In this document: piece by piece, positions 9,601-18,301 of the stretch
Layout of the letters: each line of letters begins with the position of its first letter
Numbering within the stretch: position 1 is the first letter of the stretch
Virus record (IMG/VR): IMGVR_UViG_3300025890_003315
Location: 11,907-75,906 of that record
DNA length: 64,000 bases
From: a virus
Taxonomy: Duplodnaviria; Caudoviricetes
Reading direction: 5' to 3' (one strand)
The notes under the pieces: model-generated
What the model saw: the letters and a program-made list of their open reading frames with translations, nothing else
Database searches by the model: none
Told to the model about the DNA's origin: nothing
Translations under genes and position numbers: made by a program

Positions 9601-11276
9601 TTTCTGATCACTCCGTTTCTTCTTATTCCATCAATATCTTCTATTACTTCTATGGATGGTTCATAATCATTATTTCTATCGTTGTATCTTACTGCTATAG
9701 TATTGAATCTTGATTTTCTGGAGCTTGATTGATACTTAAAATCGCCATCTTCTACATTTGCATTTGTGAATGTATGAATTGGATCAGAAGGTTTGTCTTG
9801 AAAAGCGCGAATGCTACCGCCAGCGTAATAAATCAAACCTCTAAAAATAGATGCGAAATCTTGCAGTGCCGTGTACGCATCCAATCTATCATTAAAATAA
9901 AGATCGCAACTAAATCTTGGTTCGTATCCACCTTTTCCATCTGAAACCATTTCGTCGCAATACTGCGCGATTTCATATAAAGTCCATTTATCCACCAAAC
10001 TTTCTTGGATTTGATCGCCAAGGCCGTATCTTTTGTTTGTCAGTAAGTCGTAAAAACACCAAGCTGGATTGTCGGTCCATTGTTTTTCTGCGTGGAACGT
10101 GCCGTCCCAGCTTCCAGTATATCTCTTTGTAATTGGATCGTAATTTGATGGAACTTTGACTTTCAAAAGATCTACTTCAAACCTTCTGCTAGGAGTAGAA
10201 CTGAAGTATTCAGCTTCAAATTTACAGCTTACAATTGCACTATTAGGATATCCATATTGATCTCCATAGTATTCTATCAAACTGTCGATTACGCTTTGAT
10301 CTGTTCTATCGGAATTTATCGAGTCGGAAGTAAGCCTTCTTACCTTTATTTCAAAACCCATAAAATTTGGGTTATTTAAATCTTCTTGGGTTAGACCTGT
10401 GTCAAATGGAATAGCTTGTATGTACCCTTGAGATATTTTACCTTTTATAGTTTTAGCTTCTTTTAAAGTATAATCCTGCGTTCCATTATTTCCTTCTGCA
10501 TTTGAAAAAAGTTTTCTTGAAAAAATTTCTATTTCAACTTCAGTTTCTTTTGAATCCCCAAATCCTTTTCCGGCTGGTGCGCCGGGAGGATTTGTTCTTG
10601 GCCCAGTTTTATTTATGGCTCTTAATGTATTGAATCTTATGTTTACTTGCGCTCTCCTGCAAAACTTGTTTAGAATTCTGTAATATTTCGAAAATGTGTC
10701 TTCTCCAACATCAGGGTCAACTTGTGTTGAGCCATCTTCAAGAACAATGATGTTTGGCCCTCTTAATCTTTCTCCGATTGTTCTTGCAACCGAAAGTCCG
10801 TTTCCATCTGGATTGCTGATTTGCGTTTCTTCAGAAGGAGTTGGGCCACCTTTTGATTCTGTAAAATTGATTTGTTGAAAATTAAACTTGCCATCTCCAT
10901 CTACAAGTGGGACATTATTTAAGTAAACAGACTGAAGGTTGTAGTATGTTCCTTCGCCAAGTGCCACTCCGGGGTTTTTGATAAATTCAGAAGAATAATA
11001 TCCTGTTTGACCCTCAAGGCCGATATGGTTATAATAGCCAGTAACAAGACCTTGGATTTCTCCTTCTGACAAAAGATCGGATGCCCTAACTTTTGTGAGA
11101 GAAACGGCTCTGGTAAATGTTGTAGACTCTGTGTCATTTGGGTCTTCACGCTGATTTAAAACGCCTTCATCTACTTCTTGAGGGTCTCTAGGATCTCGGG
11201 GTGGAGGTGGGCCACCACCTTGCCCTTGATAAAAGACAATTTGCTCGTTTTCTTTTGATTCGTCTTTTTTCATCAA
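6636..11276 (-). CDS. Tail tip / host-specificity protein J (lambda gpJ-like)
   Basis: 1546 aa with hallmark motifs GEIQGLV, YPNSAIV..KF.AEYF, KVKVPSNYDP..K.Y.G.WDGTF...WTDNPAWCFYDLLTNKRYGLG and QAQRLGRW. Downstream of M-L-K-I. Confidence 0.95.
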   Translation of the reverse strand: MMKKDESKENEQIVFYQGQGGGPPPPRDPRDPQEVDEGVLNQREDPNDTESTTFTRAVSLTKVRASDLLSEGEIQGLVTGYYNHIGLEGQTGYYSSEFIKNPGVALGEGTYYNLQSVYLNNVPLVDGDGKFNFQQINFTESKGGPTPSEETQISNPDGNGLSVARTIGERLRGPNIIVLEDGSTQVDPDVGEDTFSKYYRILNKFCRRAQVNIRFNTLRAINKTGPRTNPPGAPAGKGFGDSKETEVEIEIFSRKLFSNAEGNNGTQDYTLKEAKTIKGKISQGYIQAIPFDTGLTQEDLNNPNFMGFEIKVRRLTSDSINSDRTDQSVIDSLIEYYGDQYGYPNSAIVSCKFEAEYFSSTPSRRFEVDLLKVKVPSNYDPITKRYTGSWDGTFHAEKQWTDNPAWCFYDLLTNKRYGLGDQIQESLVDKWTLYEIAQYCDEMVSDGKGGYEPRFSCDLYFNDRLDAYTALQDFASIFRGLIYYAGGSIRAFQDKPSDPIHTFTNANVEDGDFKYQSSSRKSRFNTIAVRYNDRNNDYEPSIEVIEDIDGIRRNGVIRKEVTAFGITRKSQAQRLGRWVISTDNLETETMSFGAGIEAALLEPGDVVRIADNTKTSKRHGGRIKNISATASETQITLDSEIPLSGAETYEFSLLTPTYQYDPALVTGLTSDDISGIDRSAIQSFSFAGSLASGVTGADNIVRTQITTNDTLDISDYQVSGVNVFTIHSNGEIDKNPDELYRVISVAESEPASKYDVQCIIYKPEKYTKVDNSTKIENTNIYAIPDPPNELIIGDVEFIQNAEGEDSEFSQIPFTVILPDNSLSGIKSVAIYAKKSGIGDGGWIGTDFSQRGGVVVDATPDSEYLINILPATGEQISSSYAPLEDGTYLFRAYSRNPISLPSNTSVSGFQTIDQAPIIQNIIISDLTLETQTGSNNPAHKTGQSTDILGPSFSWNSSLAQTTLNLQAKDLLYRFTVREPSGPDSNLPSPVIYFEQTGLSLNENALNFSYEQNLSGIAVIATNGRDYPDYENYVFPRADLPDNVQTFNVKNGKNGPFRNYDVVIEAHDLDGNSSVGYNFVSDSENSGENSVFSQSLNANKGYDILQVRNPAIPQIIMTPDVHLTNAKASIVAEEKNSFSNPYSPDQPEVFDDFNFNFATSKILGANTDDPTNYVTQQFLNFNGDIELKIFRDEDGETNYASMNGINDTAGAIVYYSDIWFNGNDVKQSGFTQDAYGDYTLTGYTGNRPTVPSEFPIFASRSEPFTGTITKVATFVNKNDAKAKEKITIPAQIFSKEKYVAITLLDSFEAEKAQKGLTTLSSVMDNAKNFEVSPAILIKRNGEPDARSIFRAYLKLECVTKANSIRYTSLFQQFAYYAYNLRVNQFNIYSFGLAEDFTITSNINGGDVLHIMWNGDPTETLSSSVYKDLETTVSIEGSLLEPIPANSRILFSNGRYVEQAIGSTDNKIKLSTVATLAPDRQTVTSTENWQKNDLSYKFYVIRKWTFASVEYVSVTITPKKNVTAEIMTVGILWNGLNGPTAQVIPEPTL

Positions 11277-11941
11277 GACGTTAATGGGTTAGTGTCTGCA
11301 TCTGCGTAAGTGATTTCGTATGTAGCGTCAATAGATTGACTTCCTATTTTAAGGCGACCATATCCAAAGGGTACTGCTCTGCCTTCGCCTTGCACGTTTT
11401 CTGGGCCGTTAAACAAATAAGATCTTTTGCCTCCTGCTGTACCGGTATCTTCAAAAGCTGCAAATACCGGCGGCTTGGACAAAAGCACTGATACGCCAGC
11501 AGCTAAAAGACCGAGTCCAGCCATTATCAAGGGTACGCCAAGTGCCGGGTTCCCACTAGCGGTAAGAACAACGCCAACTACTATCAAAACTACCGCGACA
11601 ATAACAGTTATAATTGCAAGAAAGCCATCTCCAGAACCTTGAATTACTGGCACAATGTCTATTGTATCAAGATTTTTTCTTTCTATTACAATTTCTGAAC
11701 TGTTTACTTTATCGACACTATCAATTTTTTTATGCTTTGAAGCTACACCTTTTCCATTTACAAGAATTCTATATTCATTATGAAAGTTATTGTCTTTCAT
11801 AAAATATTTACTCAGCTTTTTTCCGCTTATTTTATTTACAGCGTGAAGAGCCTCTTTGACAGATCCTACAGACAAATTATATTCTTTGCCCATATACTCG
11901 CCAAGTTCTCCATGAAATTTTATTTTTGTAAGTTTTTTCAT
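11273..11941 (-). CDS. Tail assembly protein I (lambda gpI-like)
   Basis: N-terminal ubiquitin-like part (FHGELGE..G...L.V.SV.EAL), IVPVIQGSG, hydrophobic hairpin, and C-terminal SYLFNGP.N..GEG.AVP.GYGRL.IGSQ. Confidence 0.92.
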   Translation of the reverse strand: MKKLTKIKFHGELGEYMGKEYNLSVGSVKEALHAVNKISGKKLSKYFMKDNNFHNEYRILVNGKGVASKHKKIDSVDKVNSSEIVIERKNLDTIDIVPVIQGSGDGFLAIITVIVAVVLIVVGVVLTASGNPALGVPLIMAGLGLLAAGVSVLLSKPPVFAAFEDTGTAGGKRSYLFNGPENVQGEGRAVPFGYGRLKIGSQSIDATYEITYADADTNPLTS

Positions 11942-13053
11942 AATAAACTTTCGTGTCTTAAAAATTTGATTTCTCCGTTGCTTTTACTTTCAAACTCTTG
12001 CATTGAACAAATTGCAGAAATACCGTTTCTTGCATAATCTAAAACTTTATCTTCTCCCAAATAAACAGATATGTGACAAAAGCCTTTGGCAAAATTGTAA
12101 GAATTAGACAGTATTATGTCATGTTTTCTTGGATCGCTCACTTCAATAAAATTTCTATTTAAGTAAAAATCTACTAAAACCATCGCATCTTCATTTTGCC
12201 AATATTCTTTACACTTTTTGATAAAAGCTTTATTGAATCTATGAAACCTGAATGGGTGGTTCATAGTCGGAAAGTCTATGTTTAATTCTTTTTTATAATA
12301 ATCCTGAGCTAAAGAAGAGCAATCGACAACACCGGGAACCAATGTCCTGCCGATGTAAGCGAGTTCTTTTTGCGGGAGAAAGCACTTGAATTCGTCAGTC
12401 AAAACATTGTATAATATATACTTTGTTTGAGTTTTTGTGGAAACTTGTTCATCTGCATCTGAAAAAGTAGCATATTCGTCTTTACAATGAGAATGAAAAA
12501 CAAATTCGACTTGCTCTTTGTATTTTTCTGACTCTGATTGTTGAATTGCGAAGAAATTTATTTTATCAGAAGATTTATTCTCGCAGAAAACAACTTGGCC
12601 ATTTTTAAGACCAAGACCGCAAGCTTCTTCTGGGTACTTTTCTAAACAATACTTTTTGATAGTTTCTTTCTGACTTTCAGTTAAATTGTCTTTTGGATTT
12701 TTTGAGACATACAAATCAATTGAGTCTTCTGACTCATCTGGTCGAATAATTTTAAATTTTTGATTTTTTCCGCTGAAAATGATGAGCGGCATTTGGTAGT
12801 TTTTTTGATTGAATTTATCATTGAGAGATGCTTCGGAAAAACTATCTGGATGAGAATGATAAACAGCCCAAGCTCCAAGATCTTTGGCTTTCAAGTAGTC
12901 AACTGGCGAAATTGTAAAATTGGAAATTTTATCTTTAGCTTGATTGTTGCATTTGAGTATCGTGTCTGGTAAAACAAAGCCACAACATTCTTCTGGATAA
13001 ATTTCTTCAGAATGTTTTTTAATTTCTTCTTTTTGTTTGTTAGATAAAATCAT
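11938..13053 (-). CDS. Tail assembly protein K-like: two JAB/MPN domains plus NlpC/P60
   Basis: EECCGF...YHSHPD..S..D, then EEACGL...FHSHC....S..D, then DCSSL...HISVYLG. Located between L and I. Confidence 0.85.
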   Translation of the reverse strand: MILSNKQKEEIKKHSEEIYPEECCGFVLPDTILKCNNQAKDKISNFTISPVDYLKAKDLGAWAVYHSHPDSFSEASLNDKFNQKNYQMPLIIFSGKNQKFKIIRPDESEDSIDLYVSKNPKDNLTESQKETIKKYCLEKYPEEACGLGLKNGQVVFCENKSSDKINFFAIQQSESEKYKEQVEFVFHSHCKDEYATFSDADEQVSTKTQTKYILYNVLTDEFKCFLPQKELAYIGRTLVPGVVDCSSLAQDYYKKELNIDFPTMNHPFRFHRFNKAFIKKCKEYWQNEDAMVLVDFYLNRNFIEVSDPRKHDIILSNSYNFAKGFCHISVYLGEDKVLDYARNGISAICSMQEFESKSNGEIKFLRHESLL

Positions 13054-14132
13054 GTTTTATTAACTGCTGGAAAACCTCCGTATGGCAAAACTCCTTGCCA
13101 TCTAAGTTTGCATCCTTGGATGCTTTTTGAACATTGATCTGCTATCCAATAATCAGTATTTGGTGGAGCAGTATCCAAATTCGGAGCATGTTCCACTTTG
13201 CATACAAAATGATATTCAACCCCATTTTTTGTTATAAATACCATTTCTCCAGCTGTATAATTTGACCCTTTGCCTTTGTCCCATAAACTTGGTGCTGGAA
13301 GATTTGGATTTAACCTTAAAATTCCATTTTGATTGTTTGGTGATTCATCGAAAATTCTTTCATTTAAATCGGTAGCAACTGGTGTATAATTTGAATTTTT
13401 AGGGTTTAAAATCCCACGACTTGTAGTTCCGTGTGTACTAGCTGATAAGTTATTAGTATAACAACATCCTTCTCCTCTGTATTGCCACTGACATCTATCT
13501 TGAATAACCAGTCTTTTTGGAACGCCAAAATTTTCCAAGTCAATGGAACTGGTCATTTCAAAAGAAAGAGTTTGATTTGACTCACTAGTTTTTCTGTCGA
13601 TATAATAAATATCGTAATTTAAAATTGCATTTGGATCTGGATCGTGATCTTTTATAAGTGAAGTTAAAAAAGAACTGTTTTTTCCGTCTGGATCAGAGCC
13701 GTCAATAAACTTTGCGAAAGTTCTTATTCGTGTAAATTTTGCTCCGGTTAGATCACCTATTTGAGCCAAAACTGTTTTCAGTTTAGAAAGAGCTTTTACT
13801 CCATCTGATTTTACAGCAATAGACATTGTTGGCCTCGGTAGCGAGCCTTTTGTTGCTAGCTCAAATCCTTCTACTGCTACAGGAGCGGCAATATACTCTT
13901 TATCGTTAAAATAAATACTTCTTGTTGTTAATGATATAGAGTTGTGAAATCTGAATATTCTATCGTTTTCATTATCTTCGGTTGAATTTCTAATTCCTAA
14001 ATCAAATTGAATATCAGAAGTATCTATTTCAAAGAAGTCAATTACAGCAGAAGGATCGATAGAATTGGCTTCCTTAGCAGCTTTTTTTATGCTGCTTCTA
14101 GCTTCTGCCGGTGTCATTGAGTAGTCAGCCAT
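13050..14132 (-). CDS. Minor tail protein L (lambda gpL-like, Fe-S binding)
   Basis: LPRPT.SI, GAKFTRIRTFAKF.D, YYIDRK..E, CQWQYRGEGC and C-terminal DQCSKSIQGCKLRW...LPYGGFP. Confidence 0.93.
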   Translation of the reverse strand: MADYSMTPAEARSSIKKAAKEANSIDPSAVIDFFEIDTSDIQFDLGIRNSTEDNENDRIFRFHNSISLTTRSIYFNDKEYIAAPVAVEGFELATKGSLPRPTMSIAVKSDGVKALSKLKTVLAQIGDLTGAKFTRIRTFAKFIDGSDPDGKNSSFLTSLIKDHDPDPNAILNYDIYYIDRKTSESNQTLSFEMTSSIDLENFGVPKRLVIQDRCQWQYRGEGCCYTNNLSASTHGTTSRGILNPKNSNYTPVATDLNERIFDESPNNQNGILRLNPNLPAPSLWDKGKGSNYTAGEMVFITKNGVEYHFVCKVEHAPNLDTAPPNTDYWIADQCSKSIQGCKLRWQGVLPYGGFPAVNKT

Positions 14133-14133
14133 T

Positions 14134-14676
14134 TTATACTGGTACTTCCGTAAATTCTGCGTTTATGGAAATATTATTGTAAAATTGAGATTGTTGCGTC
14201 CAGTTCATGCATATGAAAAGCCTCATTGTTGCGTATGGCTCGGGTGGAGTGAACGAAAATGCCTCTGATCCATTTCTGGCATTCAAAAAATGCAAAATAG
14301 CTTTAGCTTCTTTGGCGGATCTATTTTCAAAAGCAAATGTTCCTTGTAAAAGGATATTGTTTACAGATTCTGGAATTCTTTGCTGGTATCCTTCTCCGAA
14401 TTGAGTAATTTTTGTTCTTGGTTGGTTTTGTATGCTCGCTCCATAAGATGGTGTAAAGAAAAAATGTGGCCTTGTAGCATCAGTTGTATTAGTGTTTGTA
14501 ATTACTGTTCCGAATGGATCAGTGGTGTGTCCACCAAAATTATCTGTGCTGAAAGAAGCTGCTGAACTATCTCTTGTAGCATAGTATATTTTGTCATTGT
14601 ATTTGACAATGTCGTACTTTGTATAAGAAGTTGCCGCCGCCCACTCTGATACTGGACTGTATATAGATAATGCCAT
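14134..14676 (-). CDS. Minor tail protein M (distal tail) with N-terminal CBM5/12-like module
   Basis: FFFTPSYG....QPR....FGEGYQQR...INN...F.NRS..EA.AI..FL..R.G...F.FTPP is the gpM signature. N-terminus W...SY..YD.V.YN..IYYA. Confidence 0.88.
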   Translation of the reverse strand: MALSIYSPVSEWAAATSYTKYDIVKYNDKIYYATRDSSAASFSTDNFGGHTTDPFGTVITNTNTTDATRPHFFFTPSYGASIQNQPRTKITQFGEGYQQRIPESVNNILLQGTFAFENRSAKEAKAILHFLNARNGSEAFSFTPPEPYATMRLFICMNWTQQSQFYNNISINAEFTEVPV

Positions 14677-14697
14677 GACCTTTTACCTTATTATATT

Positions 14698-14729
14698 TTA
14701 CACGTTTTTTTTATAAAATACAAGTGTAA
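14698..14729. promoter_or_regulatory. Back-to-back GTGTAA motifs (divergent putative phage promoters)
   Basis: TTACAC at 14698-14703 (GTGTAA on -, pointing at gene M) and GTGTAA at 14724-14729 (+, 10 nt before ATG 14740). Confidence 0.65.
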
Positions 14730-14739
14730 TTTTAAAAGG

Positions 14740-15567
14740 ATGGCTTTATACAAACTAACAAGAGAAGACCAGCATTTTTTTATAAATACTGGAGAAGTGT
14801 TTGGAGTTCAAAGTGTTTCAGCAAGCTTTGAGAATCCAACGCAGACACTAGAATTTATTGGGATGGACAAAGGATCTTTGATTCCTGCTGGACCAAGAAA
14901 CGGTAGCGTGAGTGTATCTCAGTTTTTAGTAACTGACGAAAGTTTTCTTCAATACACTGGAGACGTAGCTTTTAGTGGGTATTTGCTTAAATCTAGAGAG
15001 GATTTTTCTCAAAATTTTAGTTTTAAATCTGGGTATATGACCAATTATAGAGTCAGTTGTGGTATTGGCAGTATTCCAGAAATTTCTGTAAATATAGAGT
15101 CTTTTGACAAAGCTGGAAATATTCCTGCTGGTGAGATACCAATAAATATTCAGAATTCATCCTCTTCTTTCGATTTTAAAGTCGCTGACCCCGGTTCTGT
15201 GGAATTGAGTTTGGATACGTTCAATACAAATAGATGCTCTTCTTTCGAGATTTCCATAGATTGCTCAAGGGAACCTTATTATATATTGGGTCAATATCAA
15301 CCAAAAGAAGTTGTATCTAGATATCCATTTCCAGTAGAAGTGAGTTTTACTTTAGAAGTAGACGACTACTCAGGACAAAATAATTTTGATTACCCTTGTT
15401 CAAAACAAGCAGAAGACTTGACTATAACATTAAAAGATTTGGAGAATCAACAAACTTTGGTGACTTATTCTTTTTCTGATATGACAAAAGTTTCTGAGTC
15501 TGTTTCTAGTGAAACCACCACAAATGTACAGGTCAATTTGTCTTATCGTGGGTATATAGGTAGATAA
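14740..15567 (+). CDS. Hypothetical protein, possibly tail-tube-like structural protein
   Basis: 275 aa, beta-rich and acidic, with two similar halves (VQSVSASFENPTQTL / CSSFEISIDCSREPY). Next to tail genes and behind a GTGTAA motif. Confidence 0.4.
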   Translation: MALYKLTREDQHFFINTGEVFGVQSVSASFENPTQTLEFIGMDKGSLIPAGPRNGSVSVSQFLVTDESFLQYTGDVAFSGYLLKSREDFSQNFSFKSGYMTNYRVSCGIGSIPEISVNIESFDKAGNIPAGEIPINIQNSSSSFDFKVADPGSVELSLDTFNTNRCSSFEISIDCSREPYYILGQYQPKEVVSRYPFPVEVSFTLEVDDYSGQNNFDYPCSKQAEDLTITLKDLENQQTLVTYSFSDMTKVSESVSSETTTNVQVNLSYRGYIGR

Positions 15568-16275
15568 TTATTTTTTAGCTTTGAGTTTTTTGATAATTTC
15601 TACCTGCCAAACAGGAGAGATCTCTTCAACGCAAGTAATTTTGTCAGCGTTTTTGAATTTAGCTTTAATCAGCTTGTCTTTGACTTGCTCAAAAGACACA
15701 TTCTTTTGTTCCATGAGCTTTTTTAGTGTTTCGGTTTTGTCAACCTCAATACAGCTTTGAGATTCTTCTGTGTAGGTTTCTTGACTTTTTACTTCTCCAA
15801 GCTCAATATCAGAAACAATATTGATTCTCAAAAAGCTTCTCACAGCCCTAGAGAAAGCTCTATTTTCTGCTATAGCAGCAAGAAAGTTTTTTGCAAAGCT
15901 TTTCGTATTGCCGATGTGAGCATCTGCGACAGAAGAAAAGGCTACATTTTTATTGTCAGATGTTTCAAAATTGGGAATCCAATCAATTTGGCAACTGATT
16001 GCAACATAATCTAGATTGGCATTAACAACTGTATAAAAAACATTTGCAAAACCTCTCCATTGCGCGAGTTCTTTTAGTCCACCAAGCATTATGCACAAGT
16101 CTTTGTCTTGTAACTCTGATACAGGAGTATTTCTTTTACAAATGCCTCTCTCGACGCTAGATGGATTAGGATAAAGCCATTTGTCGTCTAACATGGCTCG
16201 CCAATCAATAAGACCTTGGTCGTCATATTTGTATTCTAGTCCATCAACCAATCCATTCGCATCTCTTTTAAACAT
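15568..16275 (-). CDS. Hypothetical protein, possible ssDNA-annealing (Rad52/Erf-like) protein
   Basis: AIAENRAFSRAVRSFLRI resembles the conserved helix of phage annealases, followed by a charged C-terminal domain. Confidence 0.35.
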   Translation of the reverse strand: MFKRDANGLVDGLEYKYDDQGLIDWRAMLDDKWLYPNPSSVERGICKRNTPVSELQDKDLCIMLGGLKELAQWRGFANVFYTVVNANLDYVAISCQIDWIPNFETSDNKNVAFSSVADAHIGNTKSFAKNFLAAIAENRAFSRAVRSFLRINIVSDIELGEVKSQETYTEESQSCIEVDKTETLKKLMEQKNVSFEQVKDKLIKAKFKNADKITCVEEISPVWQVEIIKKLKAKK

Positions 16276-16310
16276 ATCTTATATTCACTTATAATTTACC
16301 TTTTGTCAAG

Positions 16311-16341
16311 AAAAAAAATGGCCCCAGCCGAAGCTGGGACC
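16311..16341 (-). terminator. Rho-independent terminator after the outer-membrane protein gene
   Basis: On -: GGTCCCAGC-TTCG-GCTGGGGCC followed by a poly-T run. Confidence 0.85.
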
Positions 16342-16371
16342 AAGGGTCCCCCACACAACTATGACGTATGA

Positions 16372-17067
16372 TCAGAAGGTAAAATTAATACCAAATGTAG
16401 TAGCAATTTCTTGGTCGAGAGCATTGGCTGGGTTAGTCAAGTTGTTATCAAGAACAGCAACGCTTACAAATGGAGTAAGATTGGATGTGATCTTGTAGCC
16501 AAGCTTTGCAGAAGCTGCCAAAAATTCGCTTCCAAAAGTAGGAATACCATACTCAAACTTTGGAGTAAAAACAAACTTCTTGTATGACAAGTCTGTAGTA
16601 AGGCCAACTGCTGCGCCTTTATTATCATAAGACAATGTATTAAAATAGCGCACATATGGAGTAATATATTTATTGTTCAAACTGACTCCAGCAGAAAATT
16701 CGCTATTGTCAACGATTGTGGTGGAGTCAAACTCTCTACGAGTATAAGACGCACTTACAGTAGGGCTAACAATCTTATCCTTGAGAAAAGACTTTTCGAG
16801 ACCTACGCCAAATACTGCTTGTGATTCTGAGCCTTTTGGAAGGTATGTAGCCGAAAGAGTTGGCGTGATAAAATCGTTTTTAGCTGAAATTCCTGCGCTG
16901 AAATATGCAGAGTTACCTATGTAACCGAGACCGTTAGCTTGGTTAAGGGTTGTATAGCCAGCTTCCAAACTAACTTCAGATTCAATCGCTCTCTTATTAA
17001 CGTCTTCTGCCGCGCTAGCGAAGGTAGCGGCAAGACCCAACATTGTAATTACAATCAATTTTCGCAT
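16372..17067 (-). CDS. Outer-membrane beta-barrel (porin-like) protein
   Basis: Sec signal MRKLIVITMLGLAATFASA, alternating amphipathic strands, and C-terminal TFGINFTF ending in Phe (BamA signal). Confidence 0.8.
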   Translation of the reverse strand: MRKLIVITMLGLAATFASAAEDVNKRAIESEVSLEAGYTTLNQANGLGYIGNSAYFSAGISAKNDFITPTLSATYLPKGSESQAVFGVGLEKSFLKDKIVSPTVSASYTRREFDSTTIVDNSEFSAGVSLNNKYITPYVRYFNTLSYDNKGAAVGLTTDLSYKKFVFTPKFEYGIPTFGSEFLAASAKLGYKITSNLTPFVSVAVLDNNLTNPANALDQEIATTFGINFTF

Positions 17068-17073
17068 TGATAT

Positions 17074-17101
17074 ATAGTAAATGAAATTTCTAAAAAGTCA
17101 A
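17074..17101 (-). promoter_or_regulatory. Sigma70-type promoter (leaderless) for the OMP gene
   Basis: TTGACT-16 nt-TACTAT with the ATG 6 nt downstream. Confidence 0.65.
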
Positions 17102-17102
17102 A

Positions 17103-17264
17103 TTATTTTTCTGAAATGTAAAATTCTTCTTTTTTTGTTTTTTTTAGTTTTTTCATATACTTTTCAGCTTTTTCAAAGCCTTCTTCTGTATGATCAAAGA
17201 CTCCGTATTGATAATTTTTCTCTTTTGATCGAATATAATAAAATTTTTGTTTTTTTCTAGGCAT
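17103..17264 (-). CDS. Small hypothetical protein (53 aa, not in ORF track)
   Basis: MPRKKQKFYYIRSKEKNYQYGVFDHTEEGFEKAEKYMKKLKKTKKEEFYISEK*. Overlaps the upstream gene stop. Confidence 0.65.
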   Translation of the reverse strand: MPRKKQKFYYIRSKEKNYQYGVFDHTEEGFEKAEKYMKKLKKTKKEEFYISEK

Positions 17265-17460
17265 CTTTTTCTAGCCTTTCTATTTCTTCTAGTTCTTGTT
17301 GAATAAGACGTAGTATCTCTACTCCTTCTTTTTCAAGAGCCTCCACTTCTTCTATTGTGCGAGCATTTTCTTTTTTTTTATTAAAAAGAGTTATTTTCTC
17401 TTCGATCCAAGAAGTTTGAAGACTGCTTAAATCAAGTTTTTCTTGAAGTTCACTGTTCAC
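17257..17460 (-). CDS. Hypothetical coiled-coil protein
   Basis: Probable GTG start at 17460, helical and charged, tightly packed with its neighbours. Confidence 0.55.
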   Translation of the reverse strand: MNSELQEKLDLSSLQTSWIEEKITLFNKKKENARTIEEVEALEKEGVEILRLIQQELEEIERLEKDA

Positions 17461-17641
17461 TTTGAATTTCTTGTAGAAGTTTTTGAAGTGAACGCAAGTG
17501 GAAAACAAAAAAGCTTTCTCCGACAGCTTGTTTAGCCTTCCCTCTAGCTATCATTTCTCTTTTCCATTCTTCGTCTTTTTCAATTGCAGATTGAAGAATA
17601 TCATCAGTAAGAGTGATAGCATTTTCTAATTTAGTTCTCAT
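17450..17641 (-). CDS. Hypothetical protein
   Basis: 63 aa, ATG 3 nt after the HNH stop. Confidence 0.65.
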   Translation of the reverse strand: MRTKLENAITLTDDILQSAIEKDEEWKREMIARGKAKQAVGESFFVFHLRSLQKLLQEIQSEQ

Positions 17642-17644
17642 TTA

Positions 17645-18256
17645 TTATATAATATCGACAAGAGTCTTTTTTATCAAAAAAATACTCCAATCTTTATGTT
17701 TTATTGGTATTTCGGTAGCAAGTGGCATTAAAGGCGGTTCTTCTGGTTTTTTTATCAACTTTAAACCAGCCTCTTCGTTTGTTCTGTTTCCTTTTCGTGA
17801 ATTGATTCTTTTGTCGCAAAAGACTAGATTATCCCAAGAGTTTTTCCCGCCTCTTGATTTTGGTAAAACGTGATCAATAGATCCTTCTTCTGGTTTTAAT
17901 TTTTTGCCAGAATATTGGCAGATATTTCTATCTCGTTCCCTTATGCTTTTTAAAGTTAGGGGTATTTTTTTGTATAATATTTTAGAAAAATTAACAGTTA
18001 TCAAAACAGTTGGTATTCTGATTTCCTTTTTGACTCCGTTTACAAAATAGTCTGTAGGTCTAATCTCTAGTTTTTCCCATTGCACCCATGTCATTGGTTG
18101 TATATTTGAAACTTCGTTCTCTATGTGTTCTATATTTAAAGCTTTGAACTTGTTCGAATACAATCCAGATAGTGCGTCAATAGTATTTTTATAACCTATT
18201 GGTTGCCAAGCTGAGTTCAAAACAAGCGAGAAACATCTATTGGCTAAATCTGACAT
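17645..18256 (-). CDS. HNH endonuclease (McrA-like)
   Basis: LVLNSAWQPI N-terminus and RD...CQYSG.....SIDHVLPKSRGG..SWDNLV.C...N.RKGN. Confidence 0.9.
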   Translation of the reverse strand: MSDLANRCFSLVLNSAWQPIGYKNTIDALSGLYSNKFKALNIEHIENEVSNIQPMTWVQWEKLEIRPTDYFVNGVKKEIRIPTVLITVNFSKILYKKIPLTLKSIRERDRNICQYSGKKLKPEEGSIDHVLPKSRGGKNSWDNLVFCDKRINSRKGNRTNEEAGLKLIKKPEEPPLMPLATEIPIKHKDWSIFLIKKTLVDII

Positions 18257-18286
18257 AGCAATTTTACGATAAAGTAGATATAATCA

Positions 18287-18292
18287 GTGTAA
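18287..18292 (+). promoter_or_regulatory. GTGTAA motif
   Basis: 9 nt before ATG 18302. Confidence 0.6.
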
Positions 18293-18301
18293 ATAGTATA
18301 A

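Noticed and set aside
17645-18256. HNH gene as a mobile homing element
   Set aside because: It is free-standing within a small operon, not inserted in a conserved gene; this is a common phage HNH type.
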